From the NCBI RefSeq assembly GCF_964204645.1, contig NC_134026.1, forward strand, positions 8,455,950 to 8,519,949: 64,000 nucleotides of DNA, read 5' to 3'. Source of the DNA: Tubulanus polymorphus (Eukaryota > Animalia > Nemertea). The stretch's first letter is position 1, and every line of letters starts with the position of its first letter. Both the position numbers and the translations under genes were made by a program. This document shows positions 13,901-28,163 of this stretch, one piece after another. Below the pieces are notes generated by a model. The model was not told where the DNA came from and made no database searches. It saw only the letters and a program-made list of their open reading frames with translations.

Positions 13901-16900
13901 TAGTCGCCGATCGTCGTTCCTAATTCAAGACAAGAGGCCCATAACATCATTCTCGGATACTTCGATTAGAAATATCTAGTTACTCAAGCTGCAGAGGAAA
14001 TACGAGTCCTTTCTAACATAGCCGCTAGTAACGATACCACCACTTATTCGTCCGTGTACAGACACTGTTACTCACATAGCTTAGTAACTTCATTCTTCGT
14101 GAATTCGAAACAACAACAATTTCGGAAGATTCAGTTACTACACATCCGGCGAGGATACTGGAAAGTTTTTTAACCTCTCCCGCCGCATGGGAGCCGGATG
14201 TTGACATAACTACGATTTGGATCACGATGATGATACCGATGATGATACCGACGAAGGTGTAGATCTTAACAGTTTTCAGACAATGTATACACGTGAACAT
14301 GAATGAAATATATTCGTGCTCGCCTTCTCCCTCTCTTCCAAGTTCTTTCTCGTAGCATAAATATACCCGGCAGCAAAAATATGATAGTAGCTATACAGGA
14401 ATGCCAATAAAAATATTTGTACGCACGGATCCGTTAGCGAGATGGTTTACAAGTGCGTATGACTTGAAATAATCTTCAGCTACTTCCACTACAACTATTA
14501 TTACTATGTTATGCGCCGGCAACTCGACTCACTATCGACTCGCATTTTCCGCATCCACTCGTAGTAAACAAGCGACTTATCCTGCATGTAGTTTATCAAA
14601 AATGCACAGACATACGAAGTGACCAGCGCGGATTGTCAACGAATCGGGTTTGCGAATCGACAAAGGGTCGGTCAGCTTTTCCCGATTATAACAATGATGA
14701 ATGCGTTTTAACCAGGAAAAAAAATTTCGAAGATATCATTCCATCGGTTATAGTTTTCAAGCGGATAATCAGCTGAATGGATATAAGCTCACTCAGTTTT
14801 CGCGACATAATCGAGAAGCAGAATGGGAAAGAAATGGCTCGAAATCAATTTTAAACAAAAAGAACATTCTTTTCTTCGTATTTCTTTAGGATATTTTCGC
14901 AAACGAAAAAGATTTACAATTACGTCGCGCGAACAATAGCATTCGCTTTTGGTGCGAAGCAGATTGGAGTTTTTAAAACGGATTAAGGCAGAAGTGCAAA
15001 CGCTTACGACGAAACGAAAAAAGATTTGTAAACAATAGAAGCGAATGCAATTTTCAGGCAGACGTTCCCTACAGTGATTCGGTATGAAGAGCTCGGCTTC
15101 TGGCGGTAACAACAATGCCTTTTCTCCCTCAATATTCCTCTTCATGAGTGCCTGAACGCGGTCTTTTGTCGTGCGCTCGGTAGCTAACCCTCGCCATTGT
15201 CGCATAATACCTACGTACGCGAGCTTCAGAAAAGGATTTCGCCGAGGAATTTTTTGCGCACGTCCTATTACGTATTCTATACTGCTCATTACGGACAGAT
15301 AATGACACAGTCCTTCGACGGTGGTGACAGTCGAAATTGGCGGGCGCATTATGGTCTGATTTCTTCAATTTTCAGGCATAATTGGAAAGCAGAGTGCCAA
15401 TTGTGAGCGCTGATCAAGATATAATCAGTACACGACATTTCCGATATGGCTACATCGGCGGAGGCCAGCGTATACACGAAACAACTAGACGATATCGACA
15501 GTTTCTTTACGGATACGAACCGTCTACAGGAGAACCGAGAAAGTTCCGTTAAACGGACAGTTAAATGGACAATTGATCGGCCCTCGACGAGCGCGAGACC
15601 GAGAAACCTGATAAGTTCTCCTCGCGTGTCTGAATCTGCGGATGAAAATTGATTGCGTCTGTTTAGTTTTCAGCTAAAAGAACATCGCCTAATGAATAAA
15701 GTATTGCCTATGAACACCGTTGGCGAGCATGTCTCCGCATCTATTTCAAGCATCGGATATCACAGGTGTACGAGACTGATAAGTGAAAAAAAAGTAAACG
15801 CTGCTTTCTTTCGCGAGCATAAAAGAGGCCAAACGGCTCTACTGACTGATTATAAAAGAGCCGGGTTCTTCATATAAGTAAGATGATTTAAGAAGTCCAA
15901 CGTAACCTTTCATAAGTTCTCACTTAACTACCAAAAGCTATTGTCTCTGTACATCTCATCCATACTTCGGATTTTTTATGAATTCTAACTGAACGATATT
16001 TTAAGCTTTCCGGCTGTAAGATAGTGGGATTTACATTTTTACTCTTCTGTCGCTAGTTTGACCTCATCTCTTTACATATCTTTTCTTTCTATTGAATTTC
16101 TCCCGATCTAGCGGAAAAACACACGTCAAGTATAGCCCATTTCTGTCCTGCGACCTATCTTCTGGACTGAACAATGAGTTGGCACGCTTTCAATGCTCGT
16201 ACAACAACGATGATTTATCATAAAACTTGTATTTTGCATCGTACCGAAATTATGCCATCCAGAAACGCAATCTCGAGCCAGTAGGCATCCCATTACAATG
16301 ACAATAGATCGGCGAATTGTATATGGATTTTCTTTCTTATTTTTATCCATCATCTGGTAACATATTGTTACGCGCTCATCATCGATACGACACACAGTTA
16401 CGAGATGAGTGGATGTAACCTTGCCACCTCGTAGTTAACTGCGCTCAGCGCACAAGCAGCCGAGAGACTCAACGCAAATCAACGCAAATCGTACATTTCG
16501 CATAAAGCCGTGTCGGTTACTTACTGTTGTTACGTCATTAGACAATTTCGCCGATGCAGCACTCCTCAATGAATTCACAAAGTGTATCGAGGGGTGGGCT
16601 TGTTACAATGCCGACTTCTTTTTTAAGCGGCATTGGCGAGTTCGGGGACTTTTTTGACTCGTCGGTAATCTTGCGGCGGAGCGGAAAACCGGCGTAGATA
16701 TCGCGGGTACGTATAATACCTGATAATGGATGATCGTCGGTTACGTACATTAACCCGTTCGAGACCGGCGACCGCCGTGCAGCGCGAGATGGAATTCACA
16801 TCGATTTAACGTCGAGGTAGCTGCCGTCGAAAACGAGAAATACTACGATGACCGCGATCGCGCAGGCATTAAATTACCGGGTTGAGAAGTACCGTCGTTG

Positions 16901-17104
16901 CAGATAGACACGGGTCATCCTCGACTGCCTCGAATACTCGTCCTTTACTAGCCTGAAGTATTTTGCCCTACAACTAGTTGACAACAAGTGGACGATAGTA
17001 AAACGTACGCTACTCTCATGCGACCCAGGCTTCGATGAGAGCCACCTCGAATCCATTACTGACTGAGAAACACGTTCAACGTGGATCTGTAAATAGGTCT
17101 ACAT

Positions 17105-17337
17105 ATGGCTGCCAACTTACTGTTACCGGTGCCCGAGTGCTATCAGTAGCAAGTTGAATTTCTTTCACTAACATTTCATCGAGATGGGAAAGAAAAGGTT
17201 CAAATTATCGATTAATCAAAGTTACGACCATCAGTAATATCTTTCACATTTTCTGTTCAGCGTCAAACAAATCAAATCGGTATTTTTTGCGAGAAAATAG
17301 TGACGAAATACCGAAAATCAGAAAGGTTGGCAGCTAC
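17105..17337. mobile_element. Possible hAT-like MITE
   Basis: Inverted termini GCTGCCAAC ... GTTGGCAGC. No TSD could be confirmed. Confidence 0.35.
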
Positions 17338-19322
17338 AATAACTTCTGTCCTGCCAAAGGTTAGTCAGAAACGAGATTGCACAGTTTTCAAATCTACCGG
17401 GCAACTGTGGTTACCGGATACCGACAACTTTCTACTTTTGATACTCCTCAGGCATCAGATACCTGTAGAATGTCCGGTAGTTCATTTTCTAGGATTCATC
17501 CCGAAAATTTAGATCACGCATTTACACGATTTCCGGCTCTAAATCAGAGAATCGGTTTTTCGTTCTAACGCGCACGCGGCCACTGGTGATATCGAAAATG
17601 AAAATTTGATTCAATTTTTCATCGACTACATTCACAACATTCGAAGTCACCACTCGATCCAAATTTTCGTTTTTAACATTTCACATCATAGGCGCTCTCA
17701 AATATACTTGAGAAATATCGATCCTTGCAGTCGTAGAATAACCGTAGTCGTAGAATAACCGACTGCCTGGACAGCTGCGCTATTGTTCACACAGAGCAAT
17801 TCATTAATTAATACACATGGTAATCACTCTCGGAGAGCCCTGATGTTTAAGTAGACGCATTACTAAGATTACTACAGGCTATATATCGAGTCGAGAAGTT
17901 TTTTTTCCGATGACGTTGAATGCGACCATGATCTATAATTAATCGCGATATGACGGGAATGATGGATCTAAGTTGTATTTCCCCCCCCCCCCATTACTCT
18001 ACTCACGACATTCGCATTTTAGGTCGTAAATCTTTCGAGTCGATGATTAAAATCGCAGTTCGACCCGGTACTTTCGGCGCAACCGAATTTCAATCAACAA
18101 CAACTAAAAATATGGTATCGATTCAATCGGACCCTATCGAACAATTCCCGAATTAGCGATGGAAAGTATATCACTTTCTATCTATTCGGGAAGCGAGCGA
18201 GTAATGATAAGATTTTTTTTTTTTTGATGAAACGAGAAATTCCGACGGCAGCTCTCTGTAACGACGACCAGTTGACATTTGGTAGCGAGCTTTCTGTGTC
18301 CCTCATTATTCGACAGTGTCGTTTCAAAGCCGAGGTAAGCTGACAAAGGGCCTTCTCGAGCGAGCGAAAAACGAACGGTACATTTTTAAGCCTCGGCGTG
18401 CGCGTGAAGGGTTTTTCATCAGCTCTCTTGGAAAGGATTATAATCGGCACTCTCGAAGAAGAGCGACTGCGCTTCGTTAGCCGCGGCTGTTAAATTTCCT
18501 AGTTAGCTATACCCCTGACTGCGTTTCGGCTGAAAGTTTCCTACGCCACATGTTCGATAGGATAATACGGACATTCACCGCGTTAATACGTTAATACGCC
18601 GCCAGACTCAACCCGCTGACTAAAAAATTTTTTCGCGAGAGAAAATACTTCTTACGAAGGAAGAAGTAGTTATTCTCTCTCGAAAACAATTTTCCGCCAT
18701 CATCCCTGTAAATTAGCGCGCCATCGCTTTCGCGTGAAGAAAAGCTTTTTTCGCGAAAAAGAAGAATAGATGAACTCGCTCGCCGGGCGTACAGCGATTA
18801 AGTTATGAATAATTCGCTTAAATATGTCTAGCGACGAAACAGAAAATGACGTTTTAAAAATCCATCTCGGCCACAGCTTGCGAAGTCAAATGCGTTGCCG
18901 GCGTAAGATAGATGACTTTGTCGCAGATGGGATTTGCCGAAGGCTTCACCGAGAATATGAACATCTAATACAGCTTTACGCTATAAAGCCGCGCGACATA
19001 AGAACTAAGTAATTCTATTACACAACACGAGCTGCTGAAAAAAGCGACTAATTTCGCTATGAGTGAGTGCTACTTAAAAGGAAGCTTAAAACGAATCATC
19101 ATTCGACCGATGTTTGCTTTCAGTCGTACTATTCCAACCATTCAGGTCGATTTAGACTAAAACATTGATACCTCGTTTCTCATTGGTCCACCCTGAAATT
19201 TACGTTTTGTAAAATCATGATCAAGCTAACCATAACAGAATTGGCAGCTATGGAAACAAACTGTTTACAAATCTTATGACAGTTTACAAAATGACCCAGC
19301 TGATTATGCGAAACACTGGTAT

Positions 19323-19372
<50 letters not shown>

Positions 19373-20871
19373 CTACAATCTTAGATATAATATATGGCCA
19401 CCTTATTCACACAATGGCGCGAACGTCGCAAACGGGAATGGTAAGTGTTTAGAACATTTGAAACTCGATTATACAAACAAGTCGCTGCGTGACGGCCTTT
19501 AAAATTTGAAATCCATAAACGCTGCTGCTACTTATTGGCCTGATGGGTAATACGCGCGAAAATCATCTAAAGGGCAGACGGCGAGAGGGACTGAGCGCTG
19601 TTTAACGGAGACGGCAGAAAAGCGACTCTTCAGGGGCGCAGCTAGCGGGTTGTCTGACATTTCAAAACTAGAGTGATAGGAACAGAACCGACTCGGAGTC
19701 GAAAAAACTGCGGAGAAAACAGCTACCATTTCACTATAATGGCTGTTTACTAAAGGAATGTGAATTATTTTTAGACACGCGCAAGAGCAACAGCTTACTT
19801 TAAAACTCGCTGATTACACCAGTAAGTATGCGCATACACCGGCGCTGAGAGACTGGTTACGTAAAAGCCCGAAATTCCCCGGTTCTTTCTCTCTCATTCT
19901 CTCACTCTCACTCTCTCACTCTCGTTTTTATGAATGACTCATCTCGAAAAGCAATTATAGTAAAGAGAGACAGAGAGGGGGAGAGCTAGTTGACTTTATA
20001 ATGAAAAATCCACTATACGCGCGAACGCAAAATAGTACGACGGTAGAAGTGGCCGATTTGATATTGACAATAAATGAACCGCATATAGAAAAAAGCTAAT
20101 AAGACACAGTTTTAATGATGCATAATATTCCCATTTAACGGAGTAGATCGATATTTTCATCATCGTCATCGTCATCGGTAAGTTGGTACATCAACGACGA
20201 CAACAAAAAAAAAAGAAAAAAAAGGCGACTTCTACGCGATATTTTGCGGGCGCGAACGAAGCCGATATTTTATGCGACGAAAGTGGAAAACTCCGATTAC
20301 CGTTGAAGTACGCATATTCGCGCCGAGTGCGAAGCTTCGAACGTAAATGGATGCCGGATATCTCCTCGGCGCGGTCTGCCTGAAATTACATGTGTAAACG
20401 GCGTCGTCGTCCAACGATTGGTTCATCCCTAGTATACTTAAATCGTATTAAACTTTAACGACTAATGGTCAATAAATGCTCTGCGCACAATACGGCAGTG
20501 CATCTTATTGACGCTGAAGTAGAGCTTCGCTTGAAAGCTGTAGTGCCTAATTAATACACTTGAAATCGTCAACCTTAAGTATTCGAGAACGATATAGAAC
20601 GTACTGTATAACTAACGCGCCCGCGTGCGGCGTGCACACATGGAATGGTACTTCATCTCGACGTCAAATGCTTCATAAATATAACATTGAACTATTACTA
20701 TACGGCGCGCATATAAAATTTGTTGTCGGCAGATCCGAGAAGAACTTCGAATATACATTAACCCTTCTAGTGCGTCTACACCGCACTGCGGTGTATTAAT
20801 CGGTGATGATTTCTAATAATGACTGCACTGGGGCATATCGATATGATCATCGATTAGTTATTTTCTCTATC

Positions 20872-21161
20872 GAAAGATGGTTAGTACCTGTGAGAAATAT
20901 TACATTATTAGCAACTAATGATACACCGCACGACGGTGAAGAAGACACACTATAGTAGTATGCCCATTAATAAACGCGCTGGGGGTGGGATTTTTCAAAT
21001 TTAGAAAGATGGTTGGCACGTGTCAGATATTGAGAAATATCATATTAGCAAATAACGATACACAGCACAACAATGAAGAAGGGATACACCGCACAACGGT
21101 GTAGAGACAAACTTTAGCAGTATGCCCATAAATCGACGCACTAGGGAAGGTTTTTCAAATT
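20872..21161. repeat. Diverged tandem duplication (~130-160 bp x2), possibly inside a piggyBac-like remnant starting TTAA|CCCTT at 20762
   Basis: gaaagatggtt...gagaaatat...attagcaa...gatacac.gcac...gtatgccca...ttttcaaattt occurs twice. Confidence 0.65.
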
Positions 21162-21647
21162 TTCCCAGCACTTCGGGTATGAATAAGTGAGTATGCTTCT
21201 GCTGCATTGACGAGGAGGGGAAAATCGAAATGTCAGCGTCGTGACGACTGAAGAACGAAATACCTCGTGCAAGCCCCCGTAGGGTATCGAAAACATTTTT
21301 AGCATTCGTTCTAATTCGATCATAATTGAACGCCCGCAGGGTGAACGCCGGTTTTTTGAAAGATTTTTTATCCGCACTGAATGTTACTCGAAGGAAATGT
21401 AACACAAATTCATTGCAAACAAATTTTAAGTCAATAATCTTTGCAGATTTATGATTGAAAGTTCAGTCAGCCACGTGCCACTGACTTGCAACGTACATCA
21501 ACCCATTTCCGCAGTTCACCTCGGTTGAATAACTGTACTCTCAGGAATTGAATCTAACTTTCGAATATATAATTCAGTCTTGCTGGGTTCTCTAGGGTTT
21601 CCCCATTTCATTTTCCATAGCTTTTAACCGATACCCAGGTAATCAAA

Positions 21648-21750
21648 TTTCCCCTACCCCTAAGTTACACATCGCCAACCTAGAACGGGCATTGCAGGCC
21701 CATTCAAAGTAAATACGTAAATCAGTGCCAATTATCAATACCACCGATAA
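21648..21750 (+). repeat. Dispersed repeat, second copy at about 27221-27314
   Basis: Shared tacccctaa..ccaacct.gaac.ggca.tg.agg.ccattca..agtgccaattatca.tacca in the same orientation. Confidence 0.7.
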
Positions 21751-23465
21751 AGCGTTTTCAAAAAAGTCTGCTATCAAATTCGTAGTAAGACATTAAGGCA
21801 TATACGCTAAAAATTGAAATTGAAGGAAAACCTTATTTTCAGACCAGTTCTCTGATTTTCAATACATTTTCCTACACTCATACATGAGAACCCAAGACCC
21901 TCGGTTCAAAGAGAAAGTGTCGAATTTCTGCAAAAAAAACCCTTTATCCCAAAAGCTAGTAGTGCTGCTGTCTCGATAACCAGATATCAGTTACGCAACC
22001 GACCCTGACAAAAAGACATTACATTCAGTTTTCTAGTAATCTCATCGGCTAGTAAGCCATCGAGTAATTTCCATTTTCACCACCACCGCCCCCCCCATGC
22101 GGGCTGGCGCATCCCGATCGTGGTAGCTCGGATCATCGACGGCGCATAATACGACGATCAACGCGCGCAAACATGATCACATTTCCATGCGAATATCGCC
22201 ATTTCGAAGACGCGGCGAACGCATGCGATATCGCAATTTCGACGAAGATGACGCTCGGGTCATTTTTACACGAGTCTCCTAAGATAGGCGCGCCTCTCCG
22301 TGATATCCTCCATTATGGCGAGGTCACTACCATCAATCAGCGCTCGCGCGGAGTATGACCGAGAATTGCTACGTCGTAGTTATGGCCCGAAAGCGCCCGG
22401 ACAATGACGACAGAATTACACGAAATTACTCAATCCGGAGTAATCTTCGAAAAAATACGCGATCGTCGTCGCCCTCATCATCATCATCATCATCATCATC
22501 TTCACCCTCATCATCATCGTCGGATGAATGGAACGGGTATACCGCGGTCAGTGAGCGACGATGTCAACGCGACCACCGATCCAATGACGGACGACGAACT
22601 CGAAGTAATACTCGAATCTCATTACGATTTGATAAACCGATTTTCCGAGCTCTGAAGTTTCGCAGCCGTACCGTACCGACACGCGTTGGTCGTCGTTGGT
22701 CAATTAAAGCGTAAAGCAGAATCAGCCGCTAATAACGGGGCCTCGTAATATTCAATGAAACCGGGCGACGACGTACATGAAATATTGATGTTCGAAGTCG
22801 TGTTCGACATGGACGAGAACATCATCGTCGTCAGACGACGACAACAGCAGACGACAAGACGAATTATTGACCACTAATGGCGAATTCTCGAAAAACGACG
22901 ACATCTACGCACGTCGAGAGAAAGAGAGAAACGTCGGAAATCGATGCGAAAACCGCGGATCAACCCCGAACATGCGCCGCGGCACCCTCACTCTCTCTAC
23001 CTGATTCGTACTCGCGATGGCAGTAAAACACCGGGGAAATTTTAAATGATTTTTTCGTCATCAAACGGTGGACATTGTCGACTATAGCATGTATACCTGG
23101 AGATAGACGTCGATGTCTCCGGAACTGCATGGTTTGGTTAATCGCCCGTATCGGAAACACGAAACGTAACTGATTTTTCGACCATCTTCAAATACTCTGT
23201 TGTAAGGATACTTCGCGTTTAGTAACTGGCCGCGTCACGACTTTCAAAGACTCTTGAGTCCAACCCATACAATGCGCGGAAACAGGGATACACAGAAACT
23301 CGAAATCGAATCTCGGAAACATCGATGAAAGAGGGAAATGCTCGGAAATATGTTTCTGTCTCCTGTTTCCCTCAGTAGTATACGGTTGGGGGCTTAATTT
23401 TGACATTAAACGTGACTGAATGCCCCTACGGGCGTTTACCGAGAAAATCTCATAACTCAACCTAC

Positions 23466-23558
23466 CTTGCCGATTTTCTCCATAACCTTTTTGATATCCT
23501 CCTCGGTGGTGCTAGTAGACACGCCTCCGATGAAGATCTTCTTCGTTTTAGTCATCAT
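23466..23558 (-). CDS. msi: Musashi coding exon 6 (MMTKTKKIFIGGVSTSTTEEDIKKVMEKIGK; RRM2 RNP2)
   Basis: Acceptor ttcttctgcag, donor AAG|GTAGGT, 93 nt, phase 0-0. Aligns to [31 protein letters not shown]. Confidence 0.95.
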
Positions 23559-23660
23559 CTGCAGAAGAAAATAGGGAAATCAATGAAAACATTGTTACGT
23601 ATAATTTGACGTACGGGTAAACATAAATGTTGGTGTCGATGTGTGACTGCAATGTATATA

Positions 23661-23943
23661 GCCGTGATTACACGATTTGGACTGCATCGCAATGGTCCGG
23701 ATTAGACTCGGTCAAATTTAGCCCATGCTGATTAAGGGAATGCATACGCACATTAACCACTCACTCGATACTAAACAACGCTGTGACAAAGCGAAGAGAG
23801 TCACTTCCAAACCCATTCAGCATCCACTGCTCCGATGTTATCGGTCACGAGCCCATTTGACACCCATGTAAAATGATTGGCCCGGGCCTAGTCTGGTATG
23901 GGCCAAATGAAGCCCAAGAGAATAAAGCTCGAGTGATCGCGGC
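23661..23943. mobile_element. MITE, PIF/Harbinger-like family with GGCCCGGGCC-type internal motifs
   Basis: Imperfect TIRs GCCGTGATTACACG ... CGAGTGATCGCGGC, flanked by ATA and TTA. Lies about 100 nt upstream of the exon 6 acceptor. Confidence 0.6.
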
Positions 23944-24606
23944 TTACGTGTTGAGTGCGAACTTGCTATCATAGCCATTATCAGATTCTGCAACTGATAA
24001 TTCGATCCAAATTCATTCGGAAAACGAAAAATACTGTGGCTTATACACCAATTGCTTCAGGGCTATTTTCTAGTTCGATTTGATATCGACTCACACGTAG
24101 ATATGTTAAAATCTACGCCGTTAGAAATTTGTTCTGTCATATCAATTATTGCTTCATTTTAACGAATAACTTCGGGCCTAATGGGTAGAGGCTGGCTAAC
24201 GTTCATTCTAGCTATCAAAGAAATATTGATAGTTCATGATATATGCGATGATGGTAACTAACTCATGCCCCAAAACAATACAATACAATTAACTTTATTC
24301 GCGTTAAAGAGTCAAGGTAACCACAGCCCGAATGCTAACTAATCCCACCAAATGTAAATCTAGGTCTTAGTCCATAGTCCTAGTTTTCCAGCTCGAATTG
24401 TCAAATCTAGTAAGTTGGTATCGTGATGGATGCTTTCTGAATTTTGCATGATATTCAGTAGATATCTCAGCGGTTATGAAACAAGCTTTTAAACGGGGAA
24501 AAACTCCTAAAAAAAAAGGTTTAGAGAAGTTGCATCTATCTCTCTAATCCCTCGGCAGGGATGCGCAAAAACAAGCTCAGCTAACGTCATCACCTTCACC
24601 TTCACA

Positions 24607-24651
<45 letters not shown>

Positions 24652-24992
24652 TATTGTATTTTCCGAAGTGAGAAAATAAATATAGCGCACAAAAACAGCT
24701 ACGGATTTTTGTCGACCGACGCAACTGAACTAAAACTGTGATCGCTTAAGCTGTTTAGTATACTCCTACGTACGTACATTTGACAAATTGTAGTATTGCC
24801 GGTTTGCCTAAAGATAATTGCAAAAAGATATATAAAAGGTATGGAGATGCGGAACGTTATTCCAATATATGATAAAGGGGATTCGCGAGTGCTCTGATAT
24901 GTCGGTACAAATTGTATCCTTTCTTCTTCGTCTGAAAATGGACGGTTTTCTTCACTTTCATCGGGGTGGAATTGCCTACCACGCTGACATAA

Positions 24993-25254
24993 GCCGCAAT
25001 CATCTTGAGACGGTTTGGCCCAAACCAGGCCCGAGTCAACTTGGCCCGTGCCTAATTAGAGAGCCTCAGATACTTAACAATGCTTAATCGAAGCTATCAG
25101 AACCAGTTGCAATTGGCACGCAATAATTTGTCTAATGCTAACTATGACTCAGAAGTGGCCCGACGTTTCTCACAGGGCAATTTTGGCCCGGGCCAAACAT
25201 TTGGCACCCGTGCGAACAGTTCTTCACGGCCAAAAACAGCCGTGTAATCACGGC
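24993..25254. mobile_element. MITE, same Harbinger-like family
   Basis: gccgcaatca...cgtgtaatcacggc termini. Internal ttggcccgtgc..attagagagc, gaaccagttgcaatt and tttggcacccg.g.gaacag blocks are shared with 56130-56450. Confidence 0.7.
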
Positions 25255-25846
25255 ATTTGTCTCACACCACTCTGACAGTCTCAAATCTGTCTTCTATGAA
25301 CTGTTCAATTATCTCGATGCTAAATGATGTCACTCGCGAGATGTAGGTATATAATTGAGTGAGCGGGTTGGAATTTATGGTCATCTAGGGAGTGCGGCGG
25401 CAAGTCGTGCATACCGAGGCGCTGCAGCCGGCGAAGCCCCACCCATGAATTGACATTTCAATTGCGTGTTTGTTTTTCGTTGACGATGGACTTAAGAAAC
25501 TCGATTTAAGTGATTCGACGATGACGCGGAATTTCAAAAGCGTATACAGACACACGCACGCGCGGCGCGAGCGGTAGAATGCAGCTAAAAATAATATCAG
25601 TCGTCGGCGTTGTCGTTTTCGATCTATAATGCATCCGATTCCGGCGTGTATAGACTTTTCACTTTTTCAAATACCATCGAGCGCCTGAAGGCACCAGCAA
25701 CAGCAGCAGCAGCAGCCGTAGCAGTAGCAGCAGCAGCAGCATTCCAGCAGAAGCTAGTGAGGAGGACTCGGAGTGATAACGACGACAAAGATTTCATTGA
25801 ATGAATCGGTAGCAAGTATGGCTACAACTGCACTACTGCCATATAC

Positions 25847-25928
<82 letters not shown>

Positions 25929-26278
25929 CCATAAATATAGATAAATTGCGCATCCAGACGTAAGTGATTTGATAGCAAGGCGGGGAATATCGATTCTTGT
26001 AATATAATCGCTTTTCGTTTCGCTGGTAGAAAGTAACGTATTAATAACTTCGTAACTCGAACTTTTCGTCCGTGTAAGAGAAGAACATGTAAAAGTCACG
26101 AGTCAAGAGGCCGCTTGACGTAAACGACGTAAAGCTCTAAGGAAAGAAAACACGAAATCAAACGTCCTCAATCCATAAGCTGTCAGGAAGTTTAGTATAC
26201 ATAGTGTCTATTATTGCTCGGAGAAATCAAGGGATAATCCATCACAATTACTCGCAGTGCAGAATAGCTCATTTCCAC

Positions 26279-26397
26279 GGTGCGGTTTTATAGACCGGTA
26301 TTACCTTTAACCCGGGGGGAGGGGGGCTAACTCAATTCATTTTCAATTGAGTAAGCCCCCTGCGTGAAAGGTAATACGGGCCTATAAAACCGGTCCC
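26279..26397. mobile_element. Short palindromic MITE-like element
   Basis: Arms cggttttatagaccggtattaccttt / aaaggtaatacgggcctataaaaccg, with inner ctcaatt / aattgag symmetry. Confidence 0.6.
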
Positions 26398-28084
26398 AGA
26401 TGATTTCCACGTGTAACAAGTTCGTGTCATTTTGTAGTATAAATAATAAATAGTCAAGTCATTCATATGACATAAGATTGGATGAGGTGGGCCCAAAAAT
26501 CATAACCTTTCCAATCAATTAACACAGTCAGACATAGACAGAAACTGTCTGCAATGTCGACATACTTCACTGACTTGTCGCTGATTTTAAGCTTCTTTTT
26601 TTTTTTACAAAATCGACTATTCCCTGACTTTTTGGAAGTAAAGAAAATTCCGTGACCTCTCCCTGATTTGCAGGTAAGTGGCCGCGCTGCGGTGGGCCCC
26701 CGAGAGTTGACGCGACGCACATTCATCGACGTTACCATTATCGGCGTCTGGCTCTTCGTCGACCGTATATTCGACACGATATAAATTCCGGACGAGCGTC
26801 TCGGGTGTCGACGTCATCGCTATTTCCCCCGTCCTATCAGGCGGCGTTATCAAATTCTCATCCATGACCGATTCGACGCGACGCCGCCGATTGTGTCTCG
26901 AATACGCCGGCGATCAGATCGCGCTCGCGAGCGTCGCGCACGTCGCCGTCATCGTTCGAACGAGCCCCGATTCGCTTCCGATCCCGATTCGATAATCGAA
27001 TTTCCCGGCGCGAATGATATCGTCGTAGATTTAATTTTTCGCAGTCGTCGCCCGGGCGCGTATTTAGAAAGCTTCGTTTTCAATTAGCAAAACTGAATAG
27101 GAAAAGACAACGAGGTAGAAGAGCAAAGAGGAAAGAACGCGTTCGCAGTCGATAGAAAATTCGGCCGTGTTTCCTACGTGGCGGCCAGTTTTGTTTTCCG
27201 TCCCTTTTCTATACGCTGATTTTCCATACCCCTAATTACCTATCACCAACCTGGAACAGGCAATGTAGGTCCATTCATTGAAATAAAGTGCCAATTATCA
27301 GTACCATTGAATAACTGCGAGACTATGAATGTGTTATCTGGAAAGTGGCAACTCCCTGTTTTATCGATATTGTTCGTCAGACAATTCGGCATGCAGCCTG
27401 AAATTCATAACGGAAGGAAAAACATATTTCGAGAAGACCACTTTCCAATTCTCCATAGCCAAGCGATAAATAAACCATGCGTTTTCCATAGCATTCCCAA
27501 ATTCCCATTTTCCATCCAAAACTGCCCAAGACGTTCCAAAACCGGGCAAGAACCCCCCTGTTTTTGGTGTCGTCATAGTCTCTGGTCGTGATCTATGATT
27601 CACGAAGATTACGCGCACCGATCATCTCCCGCGCCATCGGAGACCTCGTTCGGTGCGTGCTCCGCCGCTGTCTCTTGGGCATATGCCGGATTTAGCGAGC
27701 GCTAGTGAAATATTATTACTCAACGTTTAAACGGAGCGACCGGAGATTTCTGACGGGTTATGCGCGCGCAGATAATGCCGCGGCCGTCTCGTCTGAAATA
27801 GCCATTATCGTAATCCGAAATGAAATAGAATGAATAATTCATTCGACGCGACGTTTTTAATCAGTATTTAATCTTTCGAAAGTTGTTTTTCGCGCTCGCC
27901 TGATTACGACGGCACGTAACGAAAATTTCACGAATTAAAAAACATTAAAAGCCTTTTCTTGTCCGGCCGCTGAAACGCTTTTGATATCAGCGCTGCTACT
28001 AACGGTAAACCTTGCCTTACTCAGACATGCCCGCCTCTTTCGACTAATTCGGACAAAACTTGTCTTTCCTCTCTTGGACTTTGT

Positions 28085-28163
28085 TGGACAGTTGTACTCT
28101 CTTTGACAGCTGAACTCTCGGACAGTTGGACTCTCTTTGACAGTTGGACTCTCTTGGACAGTT
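28085..28163. repeat. 18-bp minisatellite
   Basis: Repeated gacagttggactctctt(t/g) units, about 4-5 copies. Confidence 0.85.

Noticed and set aside
26667-26679. TTTGCAG|GTAAGT, which looks like a recursive splice site (similar motif at about 61078-61089)
   Set aside because: It is on the plus strand, antisense to Musashi, and I found no partner exons for a plus-strand gene.
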